From NCBI GenBank assembly GCA_907165135.1, contig OU015568.1:8556001-8620000 (forward strand): a stretch of 64,000 nt of DNA. Direction: 5' to 3'. The notes under the pieces were generated by a model. The model was not told the DNA's origin and searched no databases. It was given only the letters and a program-made list of their open reading frames with translations. A program made the position numbers and the translations under genes. The stretch is from Oikopleura dioica. Lineage: Eukaryota > Animalia > Chordata. Shown here in pieces: positions 25,534 to 37,497 of this stretch (position 1 is its first letter; each line of letters opens with the position of its first letter).

Positions 25534-26680
25534 AATGGGGAAGCAACAATCCAAGTCCCCGACGGAAATTCCTTCGATATCGGCAGATTTTCTTGTTCCA
25601 AGCAAAGGGTTAGGTTATTCGCTTTTTTGAATTTCATAATTTTTATCTATTCAATATTTCATCTTTTATTTTAGACTCAAAAAAACCATAAGACCCATAT
25701 TTATGCGATAAATTTATTTTTTCTCTTTTCAAATTGTTTCCGATTAGGACAAATTAAATCCAATTTAGACAAAAGTGTAAAAATTGTGAGCGTTTGTGCC
25801 GTATGGACTACCCTGTTAAATGTAAAGAGCCAAAATATATATTTTGGACGCTGAAGGAATGGTTTATTCACTTATTTAACTTCTTGTTAGACATTGACAG
25901 TCGTAAAATATCTTAATTTATTTGAAAAGCTTCAACCACAATTCAGCAAAAATAAAAGCGAATGAAGAAATGATCGAATTTGCTATAGCAAGTGTATCAA
26001 ACCTAACCCTCTGAAAGCATGAAGACCTTCGAATTCTCCCGTCGAACATGGAAGTACTGCGAATGTTCGTCGATTTCCGCCGAGAAATCTATCCTCCAGC
26101 AAGATGGGAAACTCTACGCTCAATACTTCTGCGACGATTGTCATTACCGATCTTTCCGAATGTTCGACGAAGAAGATCGCTGCTTTGTCTGCCCTGCTGG
26201 AAAGTGTGAGAAGATCATGACTTTCGACGAATTCAAGGAAGAGAAATGTTGCTTTCAGACGAAACTGAGCACAATCCGGGTAACTTCTGAGATATATTCT
26301 TGATTGAAATGATGATGATTAGAAAAGCATTCTGAAGAGTGAGGAAGAAGCATTGGCTGATTTGGACAAGAGGATTGAGGACGCTGAAGGAATGGTTTAT
26401 TCACTTCTAAGATCTGAAATTGTTATACATTTTGATGGATATAAAGCTTACAAGACATTGACAGTCGAAAAATATCTTAATTTATATGAAAAGCTTCAAC
26501 CACAATTGAGCAAAAATAAAAGCGAATGAAGAAATGATCGAATTAGCTCGCCAGAACAAGATGAAAGAGGAGCAGGAGCTCCAACGATTGAAACTCGCCA
26601 GAGAAGAGATCAAAGACCGAAAATACATGAGCGCAGATCTACAGATACAGTATCAATCCGGCTTCCCAACTCTCATCTAA
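25534..26680 (+). CDS. Cys-rich zinc-finger/RING-like plus coiled-coil gene, possibly a pseudogene
   Basis: MGKQQSKS start and CEC...CDDCH...CFVCPAGKC...CC in ORF 26019-26303, followed by a coiled-coil-like 3' part. Contains an internal duplication, and I could not build a clean reading frame. Confidence 0.4.
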
Positions 26681-26777
26681 TTCGAACTGATAATCATTTT
26701 GTGGCGTGAAGACGCTTTTATGCCTTGCTGATAGAGAATAAAAGAGTAGAACTTTGTTCTTGGCTGTATTTTTAACT

Positions 26778-27113
26778 CTAGCATGGTCCGTCTGTAACAG
26801 TGACAGTGTGGGGAATACAGTTGTGTTCAATGAGGGATTCATATTCGTATCGGTTGCTGTACTGAACGCCGTTAGATCCGCAGTGAGGCATGTACATCAT
26901 TGGAACTGGCAAAGCACTGCAAGCTGCTTCGCACTCTCCATCGTGGAATTTCTCGATCGGGAGACCAGCGCATTCGGCAAGCATGTCCAACTCACAGCTG
27001 TTCGAGTAGGTCTTTCCGTCAGAGCCGCAAACGGGATCGTAGCTCATCGGGCAGACTCGTCTGCAAGCAGGATTGGCGGCGGCAAGGGCGAAAATTGCGG
27101 CAAAAAGTTTCAT
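26778..27113 (-). CDS. Secreted two-domain Kazal-type serine protease inhibitor
   Basis: Signal peptide [13 protein letters not shown], then [20 protein letters not shown]...HDGEC and a second domain [14 protein letters not shown]...DGPC. Confidence 0.92.
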   Translation of the reverse strand: MKLFAAIFALAAANPACRRVCPMSYDPVCGSDGKTYSNSCELDMLAECAGLPIEKFHDGECEAACSALPVPMMYMPHCGSNGVQYSNRYEYESLIEHNCIPHTVTVTDGPC

Positions 27114-27542
27114 GTTTGAAGTTCGGTTTTTTGGTGTCTCGGAAAATATGATCTGAAAATGGAGATCGAGCAGATTTTATAAGAGATGTTTGTTTGTTTT
27201 CGAGTGACTTTAAGACGTCGAGTGTTTGCCAATGTGAGGCTTACTGTACTGCAGAAACTTTGAGGTAAGTACGCGAGGAGATGAGAATATATTCAAGGAC
27301 ACTTCAAGAAGTTTCAGATAAAAGGGCGGGGACTTTAATTGACGTCATCAGCTAAAACTGGTAAGAACTGGTGTAAAAGCGGACTGATAACAACATAATT
27401 ACAGTCACATATCATAATACCGAAGGTTTTCAGGATCGAAATTTCGAAAAAGGAAGACTTCTTATTCGCGAGAAAGATCATTTTTCGCTCGCAATTCAGG
27501 TTTTATACAGGAAGATAGATTGTTACTTGACCGTAATCCGAC

Positions 27543-27911
27543 TTATCTTGTTATAAGAACTTGTCGGGGTACTGTATTCCTGAACCTGAAAAGTCCTATA
27601 ACAAGTAAAGAGAGAATACAAAGAAACACGACAATAATATAATCATTTCTTCGGAGTGAATTCCACATTTGCTCGATTTTCTCGCTATCGCACTTTCCTT
27701 CATGCAAGAGGTGAACGTCCGCAGATTTGTTTTTCAGCGCCTCGCAATAGTTGTGACCTCTGAGATCGCAAGCATTGGCATAAGTTACTCCATCGCTTCC
27801 ACAAACGGGCATGTACTCAAAAGTGCAGACATATGGGCAGGAGTTATTCAGGGGTTGCAATGTGGGGCTTCCAAGAGACAGAGTTAGCAAAAATACTAAT
27901 TTTTCGAGCAT
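27543..27911 (-). CDS. Single-Kazal-domain protein with a C-terminal transmembrane segment
   Basis: Signal peptide, CPYVCTFEYMPVCGSDGVTYANAC...HEGKC, then hydrophobic YIIVVFLCILSLLVIGLF followed by RFR. Confidence 0.88.
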   Translation of the reverse strand: MLEKLVFLLTLSLGSPTLQPLNNSCPYVCTFEYMPVCGSDGVTYANACDLRGHNYCEALKNKSADVHLLHEGKCDSEKIEQMWNSLRRNDYIIVVFLCILSLLVIGLFRFRNTVPRQVLITR

Positions 27912-29333
27912 GTTTTGGGTTCTAGGCTCTTCCTTGATTTCAAGTCTGAAATATAAAATAACAAGCTTTCATTATCTAAATGTAAGTCTTCATAAGAAAG
28001 AAGAACAGTCCAAGAAAGAGAGAAACAGTGCCAGTTATCAAGAAATGGTAGCTGCCTTCTGGGATAACTTATATCACTATTAAGTTTGCTTTTTCTAAAC
28101 AGGATATAATTTTACCCAGTCCTTGTATGAAGATCATTCGAGCAGGTCACTTGTCTCGTGAGTGAGCAATCTTCTTTCAGCCCTTTAATTGCCTCTTTGA
28201 GTAAAAGATCGTCTAAAAATATAAGTGGATAAAAATACGATTACAAAGAGGTTAAATTATGATGTCATTTGATAAGGTGCCATTTTAAAATTATCATTAA
28301 TTTTAATTCTTTAATCAAAATTTTCAATAGACAGATTATTACTTTACCGATTATATTCGATATTCCAACGCCTAGAAAAAGAGCAATCGAGACATTCAGG
28401 TCGTAGAAAGTTGTGACAATCTCAAACGGTAAGATACAAAAGGAAAGAATGATGATAGTCCTTGTCACTAAAATTAAATTATCGATTATGTTTCATAGTT
28501 ATTTATAGAATAAACCATTTATTGCTACGCCAAACGTCCAGTTATTTAGGTTTTCATTGTCACGACTTGTCCATGTTACTAAATTTACGTCAAACATTGT
28601 TTCTAGTCGTAATTAAACCAGAGTTGTTTGCGATGAAACCCGACCACAAACCAAGCTCAAAATCAGCTGAGCGATCCTCAAAAATATTTTCGAAGGTTGC
28701 GTTTAGAAACGATATGTAGAGTGGAGTTTCTAGTGCGATTTTCAGAAGTCGAATCCTGACTCTCATATTTTTGATGTGAGCAGTTCCAGTTGCTAACTCA
28801 TTCGGATCTGTTACAGGTGTGAAGAGTGTAGGAATACTTTGCCTGTGCAAGATTTACCAGCAAGTTAAATGCGATAAGAAAAACCGAGCTCCTATAAGGC
28901 CCCTATTTCGCCCTCTACTAGCATTGTCCTTGATGAAATCCCGTGGCTTAATTGAAAGTCAGTAGTCCTTTCATTTGAGATATCAGACGAAAGGTATGTT
29001 TTTCCTCTCTGAATCGAGTCATATGCTGCTTCAATATCTTGAACGACCGAAGAGCTATCTAAGTCGGCCATGCTTTGCCTTTATAGGAAGTTCTTCTTGT
29101 AGATTCTACTTTCAACCAAAAGGGCGCCAGTAAGACACGGCTCAGTACTTCTTCGGTTATGGCTCGTGCCCCTTCTAAAACCTCATCTTCTCCTATCTAG
29201 CGCCTTCTTAATCCTCCTCAAGTTGTGTTTCACGTGAATAATATATATAATGCTTGAAGATGCCATGTTTTTAGAGATTCTCCTGCAAGATCTTGTATTT
29301 TTTTTATCAGATAAGCAACAAGAATAATATGCA

Positions 29334-30156
29334 TAGGCTTACCGGACTGATTTTTGCCGATTTTTCTACCTGAGTTGGGGGGTCTTATGATACAGTTTTA
29401 GAAAGTGCACAAGCTAAGTTTTCATTTGGGCACAATATCAAGGGGTCTAGGTCATGCCCCCAAGGCAATTTATGTGACCTGATGTTCCAAAATAGGCACT
29501 TGAACTCTTTAATCGATTTTTTCGATGTGTTTAGGAGCTCTAGAGCCTTGAGGAGTAATTGTGGTAGAGAGCTCAGACTCTGAGCTTTCTGTAGAGCCCA
29601 TAAAATCTAGCTGCCCTCGGGTCTAGCGACCTCTTGTGGCCCTAGAAGTTGACCTAATTAGTGCTTCAGTTGGAAATCTTCAGGTTTCGAGTCGAATTTC
29701 CGTATTCTTAACTTACTTGTTATATTTATAAAACAACTATAAACAATATGTGAGTCTTTAGAAATTGAACCGCGGTTGAACCGGGTGGTTTTTTTTTCAA
29801 TTTCCTTTCAGGTTCCTGTCGAATAATACCCATATTATCATCTTCTTTGACTAATAGAGGCCGCTAGACCGGAGGGCAGCTAGATTTTATGGGCTCTACA
29901 GAAAGCTCAGAGTCTGAGCTCTCTACCACAATTACTCCTCAAGGCTCTAGAGCTCCTAAACACATCGAAAAATCGATTAAAGAGTTCAAGTGCCTATTTT
30001 GGGACTTCCGGTCCAATAAATTGCCTTGGGGGCATGACCCAGACCCCTTGATTGTGTGCCCAAATGAAAGCTCAGGACATGAGCTTTCTAAATATATGTG
30101 ACATGACCCCCAAATTAAGCTAGAAAAATAGGCCAAAATTTAGTCCGGTAAGCCTA
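29334..30156. mobile_element. hAT-type non-autonomous foldback element with ~300-bp TIRs
   Basis: Termini TAGGCTTACCGGACT...AGTCCGGTAAGCCTA. Perfect 8-bp TSD AATATGCA (29326-29333, 30157-30164). Arms ~29334-29632 and ~29858-30156 are reverse complements. Confidence 0.93.
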
Positions 30157-30425
30157 AATATGCACATGTATACATATTGAATAAAAAATACTCAAAAGTT
30201 ACATCTATATAATCGAGATAAGTATGATTATATCAAATAATTAACCAATGACAAAAACATCAGATAAAGAAAAGAGAAGATACTCATAGCTTCATACTAC
30301 TTTAGATCTACATCAGTACTCATATTTTATTACGAAACACACAGTAATGAAGGAATTGAAGAAGTTTTCGTTATTCATACAGTTAGTTATTAAAATTGGC
30401 CTATTTTCATAATTTTTATTTTCCT

Positions 30426-31332
30426 CTATGTTTGCAAGAGCATCTTCTCCACATTCTCCAAGGCATTTTTGTAGTTGGTGATTTTGAGCGCTTCCCATTC
30501 TGCTTTGAAGGCTTTTTGTTCGTCTTGAATTTGTCCGCCGACGCCACCTGGCATTTGTTGTTGCATCGCTCGAGCTTGATCAGCCTGGTTGTCTTCACCA
30601 AGAACCAGCTCATAAACACCTTGGAGCAAACAGTAAAGAAAAGCGTTTGAAGCCTCTCTCACCTCTCATTCCAAAAGCACCAATAAAGTACCAACTCATT
30701 GAGGAAATCCAAGAAGCGTCGAGGGAGGACAAGTCAATGCCTCGCTGCATCAGTTGCTTGAATCTGAGCGTCAATGGAAAAGGAACACGAGCAGCTAAGA
30801 AGCCAGAGAAGGCATAAGAAACCCATCTAAAAATGGCTCATCAAAGGCATCTTCGAAGAACGGCTTACCCTCCAATGACGATCATCGGGAGCATATTTGT
30901 CATTTGGCCTTTGAGTTGATCCCCCATCATAGAAGGGTCCTGCATCGGATTTTTCACAGCTCCTTCAGTATCCTTGCCGATAGTGAGAGCTCCCTGCTCG
31001 CCAATAAGATGACGTTTTCGGATTTCGAAGGAATTGGCTGGTAAAAAGTGGCCATTTTCCCGGAGAAGAGCGGACCTAGATTCAATTTATCAGATGTTTC
31101 AGGAGATTCTCTTACCTTCGAAGTGTCTGCATGGTTTTGACAGAATCAAGAGATCCCTGGCTTGGACCATTTTTCAAAATAATCATCAGGTAATGTCGGA
31201 TCAGCCCGAATAAGAAGGTGATGATCTAAAAGAATCTTTATAGAATGAGTTATTTATCTGAATTTTTACCAGAATTGGTGCAATGACCCAGTACCGGATC
31301 TGCGGATCGAGCGTAATCGCATCTCGAATCAT
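30426..31332 (-). CDS. EMC3: ER membrane protein complex subunit 3 (TMEM111)
   Basis: [16 protein letters not shown]...LIRHY...[42 protein letters not shown]...[10 protein letters not shown]. Five exons. Confidence 0.95.
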
Positions 31333-31598
31333 CTAAAATCAGAAAATTTGAACAACTTCGGCTAAATAGATATTCGCAAATGTTTCATAATTTACAAGGA
31401 GTATTGGAGAATAGGTCAGTAGGAGCAACTTTGACTCGAAATGGAATTAGTATTTCTATGATACAGAATTTATAATAATGCACAGTTTGTATGAACATAT
31501 TTATAAGACTTTATAGGTATCGGCGGGCGGGTTAGTCGAGCAGCATCAAGGAATAGTAAAATATAATATTCTAAATTGTGGATTCAAGGGCAAAGATT

Positions 31599-34500
31599 CT
31601 ACTTGAGCCAGGAGGGATACGGTAGCTCATGTTTTGTAAGCAATTCTTTCAGATTTAAATTCAGAGGCGCATAGAACTCATCAATTGCTTTCCGACAGTC
31701 TTCTGGCATATCTGGATATTTCCGACCCTCAAACGGCGTTAAAATTCTTACAGAACTTGAAAAGAGCTTGATTACCTTTGATATACCCAAGCAGTGCGTC
31801 TTTTCGCCCTCCAGAGGACAGAAGAACCCCTTTTGTTCATCAAACGCAATTAGCTTCGAGTAATCTACAAAAGTAGGAGTCCCTATATCATGCTGGAAGT
31901 CGTTCATCGCCGAGATGGGATCGCTTTTTAATTTGTCGCCATCGACAATTACAACATTTGATTCGAAAGCTGATATCCATTTTGAAAGGTGCTTTGCGTA
32001 GTTACCAGGGGCAAGGCAGCGCTAGAATCATCATTTTAGAAATGGAAGTTATGTGGACTTTCAGCCAATAAGAGCCTGATCGAATAATAAAACAGCATGT
32101 TTAGCCTGAGCTAATCAAAGATCCTTATAACGAGAATCAGCCCACAAATTCAGAAGATTTTTTCTCTTACATTTTGAAGATCTAACAGTTGCGAATCATC
32201 TCCTTCCTTCGCATTGAGAACTTCCATGAAGCTGTATTTCATCGCTGCGGGAATATTATGCGCTCTTTGGTGAAAGTACCAGCTGTAGGCGCGAGCACCG
32301 GGCTCTAAAAGAACCGAAACTATCTTCACCGTTGGCAAGAGAGCTTTAATTCTTGGAATCGTCGGGCTTGAAGTGAAATATGTGGCTGATTTTTCGAAGA
32401 TCATCGTTTTTTCTTCTTTTGGTCTGTCAGGAAAGAGATCTAAGTACCAATTGAGCCCGTTTTTGTAATTCTGGCTAGAGAAGAATTGAAGTTCTTCGTA
32501 AGTCGTTGGAGAATCAAAAGAAGAAAGAACGGTGGGATGATGCTTGAGGAAGTTCATCAACGCTGTAGTACCAGTTTTCTGAGGGCCAACGATGACGAAG
32601 TCAGGAAGATTCTTGCACTTGTCTTTTCTCCCTTCGGGAAGAATTTCCAAGTGTCGTTTGTCATTACAAGGGTTTGTCCAAGTTGGCGTTTCGGCCTCGT
32701 TCGGGTTGTTTTTGAAATATTTGTCAGCAAGTTGCTGGGTGGGCAATTGAACAAGCCGCAGATTGGTCATTTTGAACAGGAACTCGAACGCATTTCCAAA
32801 AGTATAAAGCGACAGACGATCCCCTCCGTAGTTTTGAACGTGTGTCATGAAGATGTTCATTTCATTGAGGAGCAGTTGCGAGAAAAGCTCGCCTCCATGG
32901 ATGGAGGATTCGAGCGTTTGTGGTCCGTTGGGGAACTTTTTGTAGTACTGAGTGTGCGTGTAGAGGCGGCAGGTTTGACGAGGGAGGACTTGGAGGCCTA
33001 TTTTTGGGATAAAGAAAAACGATAACAAGGTAAAATATATCATTGTTAAATTTGTCTGTCTTCATGAAAAATTAAAAAAGGTTAAAAATAGAGTAAAAAG
33101 ATGACTACGATCCTATGTCATTAAATGACAGTCATTTGTTATAAAATAATGCGTTTGTTAATCCCATTCCTTGATGAAGAAAACCTCTTCTTTTGGTAGC
33201 TGGGTACAGATGAGGATATTCCTCTGTCGAAGTTATCTTCACTCCCCAGACTTCTCTCCAGCAGTGATACAGCGGTTCATGAACAGGGTAAACGCCAGCA
33301 TGATGAGGCGCGACAGCATATCCAGTTTCGAATGGAAGTTGATTTTTGACGCCGAATTTCTTTGAAAGAAATGAGAGAAGATGGACAAGGGTTAAAAATT
33401 ACCTTGTTGTCAGCCATGTATCGGCATAAGCTATCGTCGTCTTCGAACATGATCGATTTCATATGACTGAACATATGGCCGAACCAGCGGAAATGATCTT
33501 AAATTCCATGGATTTTGAATTGAAAAGCTCGTCTTTCTACCTCGTTTTTCAAGAATATACGCATCTCCCGCGTCTTCCGTATCATTTCCTCTGTTGAAAA
33601 ATTTGCCCGAAAATCCGACGACGAAATGGAAACCAGGAATTTGTTCTTTCCACTTGTCCGTAAAAGCGATCATAGCATCCACGTCGGAAACACCTATTCT
33701 CGTTCCGGGTTCCCCGACAAAGATATCATCGATGTCGATCTGGATATTCTTCTCCAGCGGTTTCTGAAGTATCCCCTTCGACGTGTAATAGATGCTATCG
33801 AGGAGGAGCATTTGATTGACGAAGAACTCGGCTCCCATGCCGAAGATGATCGTTTCAGGATCAGATTGCTACGGTTCATTATTGATTATTCGTTCGTGTA
33901 GAAATGTTTTACCTTCTGGCAAATATGCGCGACACCGGTACTCCATTTATCACCAGTTATTTTCTGCGTCACTTTTTCATGCAAAACTCCTTCTTCAACT
34001 TCAATGTGGAAAGTTCCTTTATGAAAGGTGAGAAGAAAATGATCTTTGTGCGACTTGGTGATGCGCAGCAGGCTGGAATCATGGAGAAGAAAGGGCGTTT
34101 CTCCGATTTCCTCAGAGAAGGTGGTGGTCACGTGGGGAATTGAAGATAGGGGCTCGTCGGTTTTATTGGCGATGATAATCTTTCCGATGGAATGTTTCAA
34201 CTAAAATGAGAATATTTTTCCGAGTAATTATTAGAATGAAAAAGTACCTGATAGGATTGAAGAGCGGCATAGAATGATTCGTACTTGGAGATTTCATTAT
34301 GATCTTGAAAGGAACAGAAGATAACGGAAGCAAACTGGGGCAAATCGTGTTCGAAAAGAGTCGTCTGAAATTATAATCGAAAGTTTTAACATCTAAAAGA
34401 CGAAAAGTTTTAAAATCATTTTCGTGAAATTTACCTCATCGAATTTGGAAACTTGAATAAACTCGAATTTCACGGTCTCGATAAAACTCCTTATTTTGTC

Positions 34501-34801
34501 GCATCTGGATCTGTTCGTCGACAGTAATCTAGTAAAACACTCGGTTGATAGTTTAAAATTGATAATTGATAACTTACAGAACTTTGCGTTTTAATTTTTC
34601 TGAGCTTTTGAACACTTGTGGACATTGGCGCAATAAATGGGCATACGGCTGAATCGACGGGTAGTTTTGTGAACTCGCATTATTTTCGTTGAAGAATTGT
34701 TGATTGAGATGGACTAAGAAGAGGACGCTAACGGATATCAGAATAAAGAGACTGCGGCGGAGGGTGGCTACTCGACGGAGTTTGCGGAATATGGCGTTCA
34801 T
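31599..34801 (-). CDS. NDST: Heparan sulfate N-deacetylase/N-sulfotransferase
   Basis: Type II TM anchor. Deacetylase motifs [47 protein letters not shown]. Sulfotransferase motifs [35 protein letters not shown]. Confidence 0.96.
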
Positions 34802-34895
34802 TCTCTCTTTTAATTCTCATTACTACGCCTGATGATAGATTACCATTCTAAAAATAGAACACGAATCATTTTTGGGATATTTAAATACATATTTT

Positions 34896-36579
34896 TCATG
34901 AAAATTGAGTGTTAGGATCGTCAGCTTTTCTATGCGATCTTTCGTGCCCAAGAAAGCTATAAAACACAGAACTTTTGCGCACAAAGTTTCTCTTCTCCAA
35001 ATAATCAAACAGAGGAACATTTGTTGGGATTGAAACGCTTCTATTGAGCGCCAGGTTGTGAGGAATGTGGACGACTAAATGCTTCGACTTTAGCTGTTCG
35101 ACGATCAGTTCGGCTTGGCGAGCGCGGGAGGCGTTTTCTTTCGTCGTTTTTTCAAAAAATGAAGTTTTGAGTTGTTGAATGCCAAATTTGTGCACGCAGG
35201 GGAGATCAAAAGAGATCGACTAAAAATCGATTTAATTGGCTGCAAACGAGCAACTGGTCATAAACTTTCGACTTGCAAAAATTTTAAGCAGTAGTGGACA
35301 TTGTCCACTGGACAAAGGAGTTACCTTTATTCTACCTCCAATTCCCTGATCGACATTGTCAAGTCCCGGTTCAAAGTCAATTTTGGACGCTTCTTTGACC
35401 GTGACAAACAATCTTCTTGGCGCCCACATTTTCCATTTGTCGCTATCCGCTAGAATCATTACCATTTCATCCTTCTCCTCGTTATAGCTGATCGAGTAGC
35501 ACATGAAAGTCGGGTAGCTCAAGTGCTGAAGCATTTTGACAAAATAGTGATGGCAGCCAGCCCAGAACGTCGTTCCAATAATTGCGGCAGTATTTACAAG
35601 AGTAAAGAAGGAATACCGAAGAGTGTGGCCTTCTGCACCACTTGGAGACGAAGCAAGATATGTTGAGAAATCGTCGATTATCAGGTCGAAATTGCCGCTC
35701 ATATAGGAATATAGTAAGGCTTAAAAATACGTATGAGAATGTGAAAAGTTCACATGTTTGTGTAACTTTATTATTGTTATTAATGATTAAAAGATGAAGA
35801 GTCTACAATTATAACCTTTTTGAAGATTAATTCTGAAAGAAGAATGTAATAAAAACGCGTTTACGATTTAATTTTTTAAATTCTGAATAATTATACATGC
35901 GAATTAGAGCTACTCAAGCATAATTCCTTCAAAGATTATTCCTCAAGAGAATCGTTTCTCGCATAAATTATCACCTACAAGTGTATTTTTTTCAAGAATT
36001 AAAGTTCCCAAGGGTTTATCAGAAGAGATCTTAAAATTCTCCTTTACCTAAATCGGCGAAGCAAATCAGCGGCACCATTTTGGCGAAAAGCGGCGCCGCT
36101 GGTTTCGGCATTGCCAAGCCGAGAATCAAGTTGAAGCCCTCGAAGCTTCTGTGTCTATACGATAACTGCGTCTTATCCATTATCTCCGATAATTTCATGT
36201 GTCTGAGCTCCTCTTTCGACTTCGAATCAACAAAGATGCGTTTTTCCTCCTTATCGCGTTTCTTCAAATTATATTCTTTTCGCTTCTCCGGATCGTTAAG
36301 AATCTTGTAAGCTTCATTGATCTTCAAGAACAGTTCTTCATCTCCTCCTCTGTCTGGATGGTGGATTTTAACAAGATGGCGGTATTGCCTCTTGATTTCT
36401 TCTGACGTTGCGAATCGCGGAACATCCAGGATTTTGTACAAATTTTCTTCTTGCTTCAGCTTTTTCTTCAATCTTTTCCCCTCTTCATCGACTTCAGGGT
36501 TGTTCAAAAACGACCGCGAGGAAATTTGAGGCCCAATTCTAGCACGAGCGATTTTTCTTATCCTCAAGAGCCGATTCAT
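34896..36579 (-). CDS. Putative mitochondrial J-domain (DnaJ class C) protein with two TM segments and an extended C-terminal domain, 3 exons
   Basis: Arg-rich presequence MNRLLRIRKIARARIG and J domain NLYKILDV...HHPDRGGD...INEAYKILNDPEKRKEY. Phase-compatible junctions ADL|ALLYSY and GRIK|SISFDL link ORFs 36031-36579, 35232-35702 and 34896-35195. Confidence 0.8.
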
Positions 36580-37497
36580 TTATTATCTGATGGATTTTAT
36601 TTATTATATGATTATTTTATACATTTTTTTTGTTCAAAGCTTCAGGAAAAATGGTTGGTTTTCAGAAAAGAAAGATTTGGATTTCGCACCAAAATTAGTT
36701 CAGAAATTAAGTTTCAGAAATACAAAATGGAATTGCAACCGGTAGTCAGAAAATTAGGGTTTCAAGGCATTTAACAAAAACTGGAACTGAAGTAAAGAGC
36801 TCTTTATTGACAATTATGGAATGATCGTAAATCAAGAACTGACGGACGCGAAGGGAAACCCAAGTGCGTTTGCAAACGCACCTTGCTCTTCAAGTAAAGA
36901 GTGATTTCTCAAATCTTGAGTGTAAATCTTTCACTCTCTTTTCGTCTTTAGCTTCACAGCAATTTTTTTCATAACAACATTTGTCATAAAATATCAAAGT
37001 AGTAACTTTGCGACTACTTCAAGTCGTCCTGAAAATTTTCAACTTAACATCGACAGTGAGGGTCCTGAATTGGATATAAAACTTCAGAATCGAAAGCCCG
37101 GATTGTCGATTTTAGATTTTTTTAACGTCGATGCCAACTCGAAAATCTTCAGGACAGCAACTGGTACACAAAATAGTCCTGCAAAGGATTAAAGTTCGTA
37201 TTTATGGGTTAATATCTTTAGCGAGTCGTTTTCCTTGTTCATTCTCCTGCGATAGGTTAACAAAAAGAGGTCAAAGAAGAAGGTACACATGGAATAAAAC
37301 AATTGATAGGTTGAACGTTTGTATTTTTGAGTTTTGTTTTTGCTTTTTGGGTTCGTTTTTTGGGTCAGTGTTGCGCGATGATAGGCTGGTGTTTTTTCAA
37401 AGGGATTGAAAAGTGGTAGTTGAGTAATTGAGCCAGGTAGAAATATAAATACAATATTTGACAGAATAAATTAAATTGACACTAGAATATATCCTTC

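Noticed and set aside
28100-29100. Possible minus-strand gene (ORFs 28590-28850 and 28265-28468)
   Set aside because: I could not assemble a stop-free spliced model or identify a domain.
29889-30136. ORFs within the foldback element
   Set aside because: They are mirror products of the inverted arms, not a transposase.
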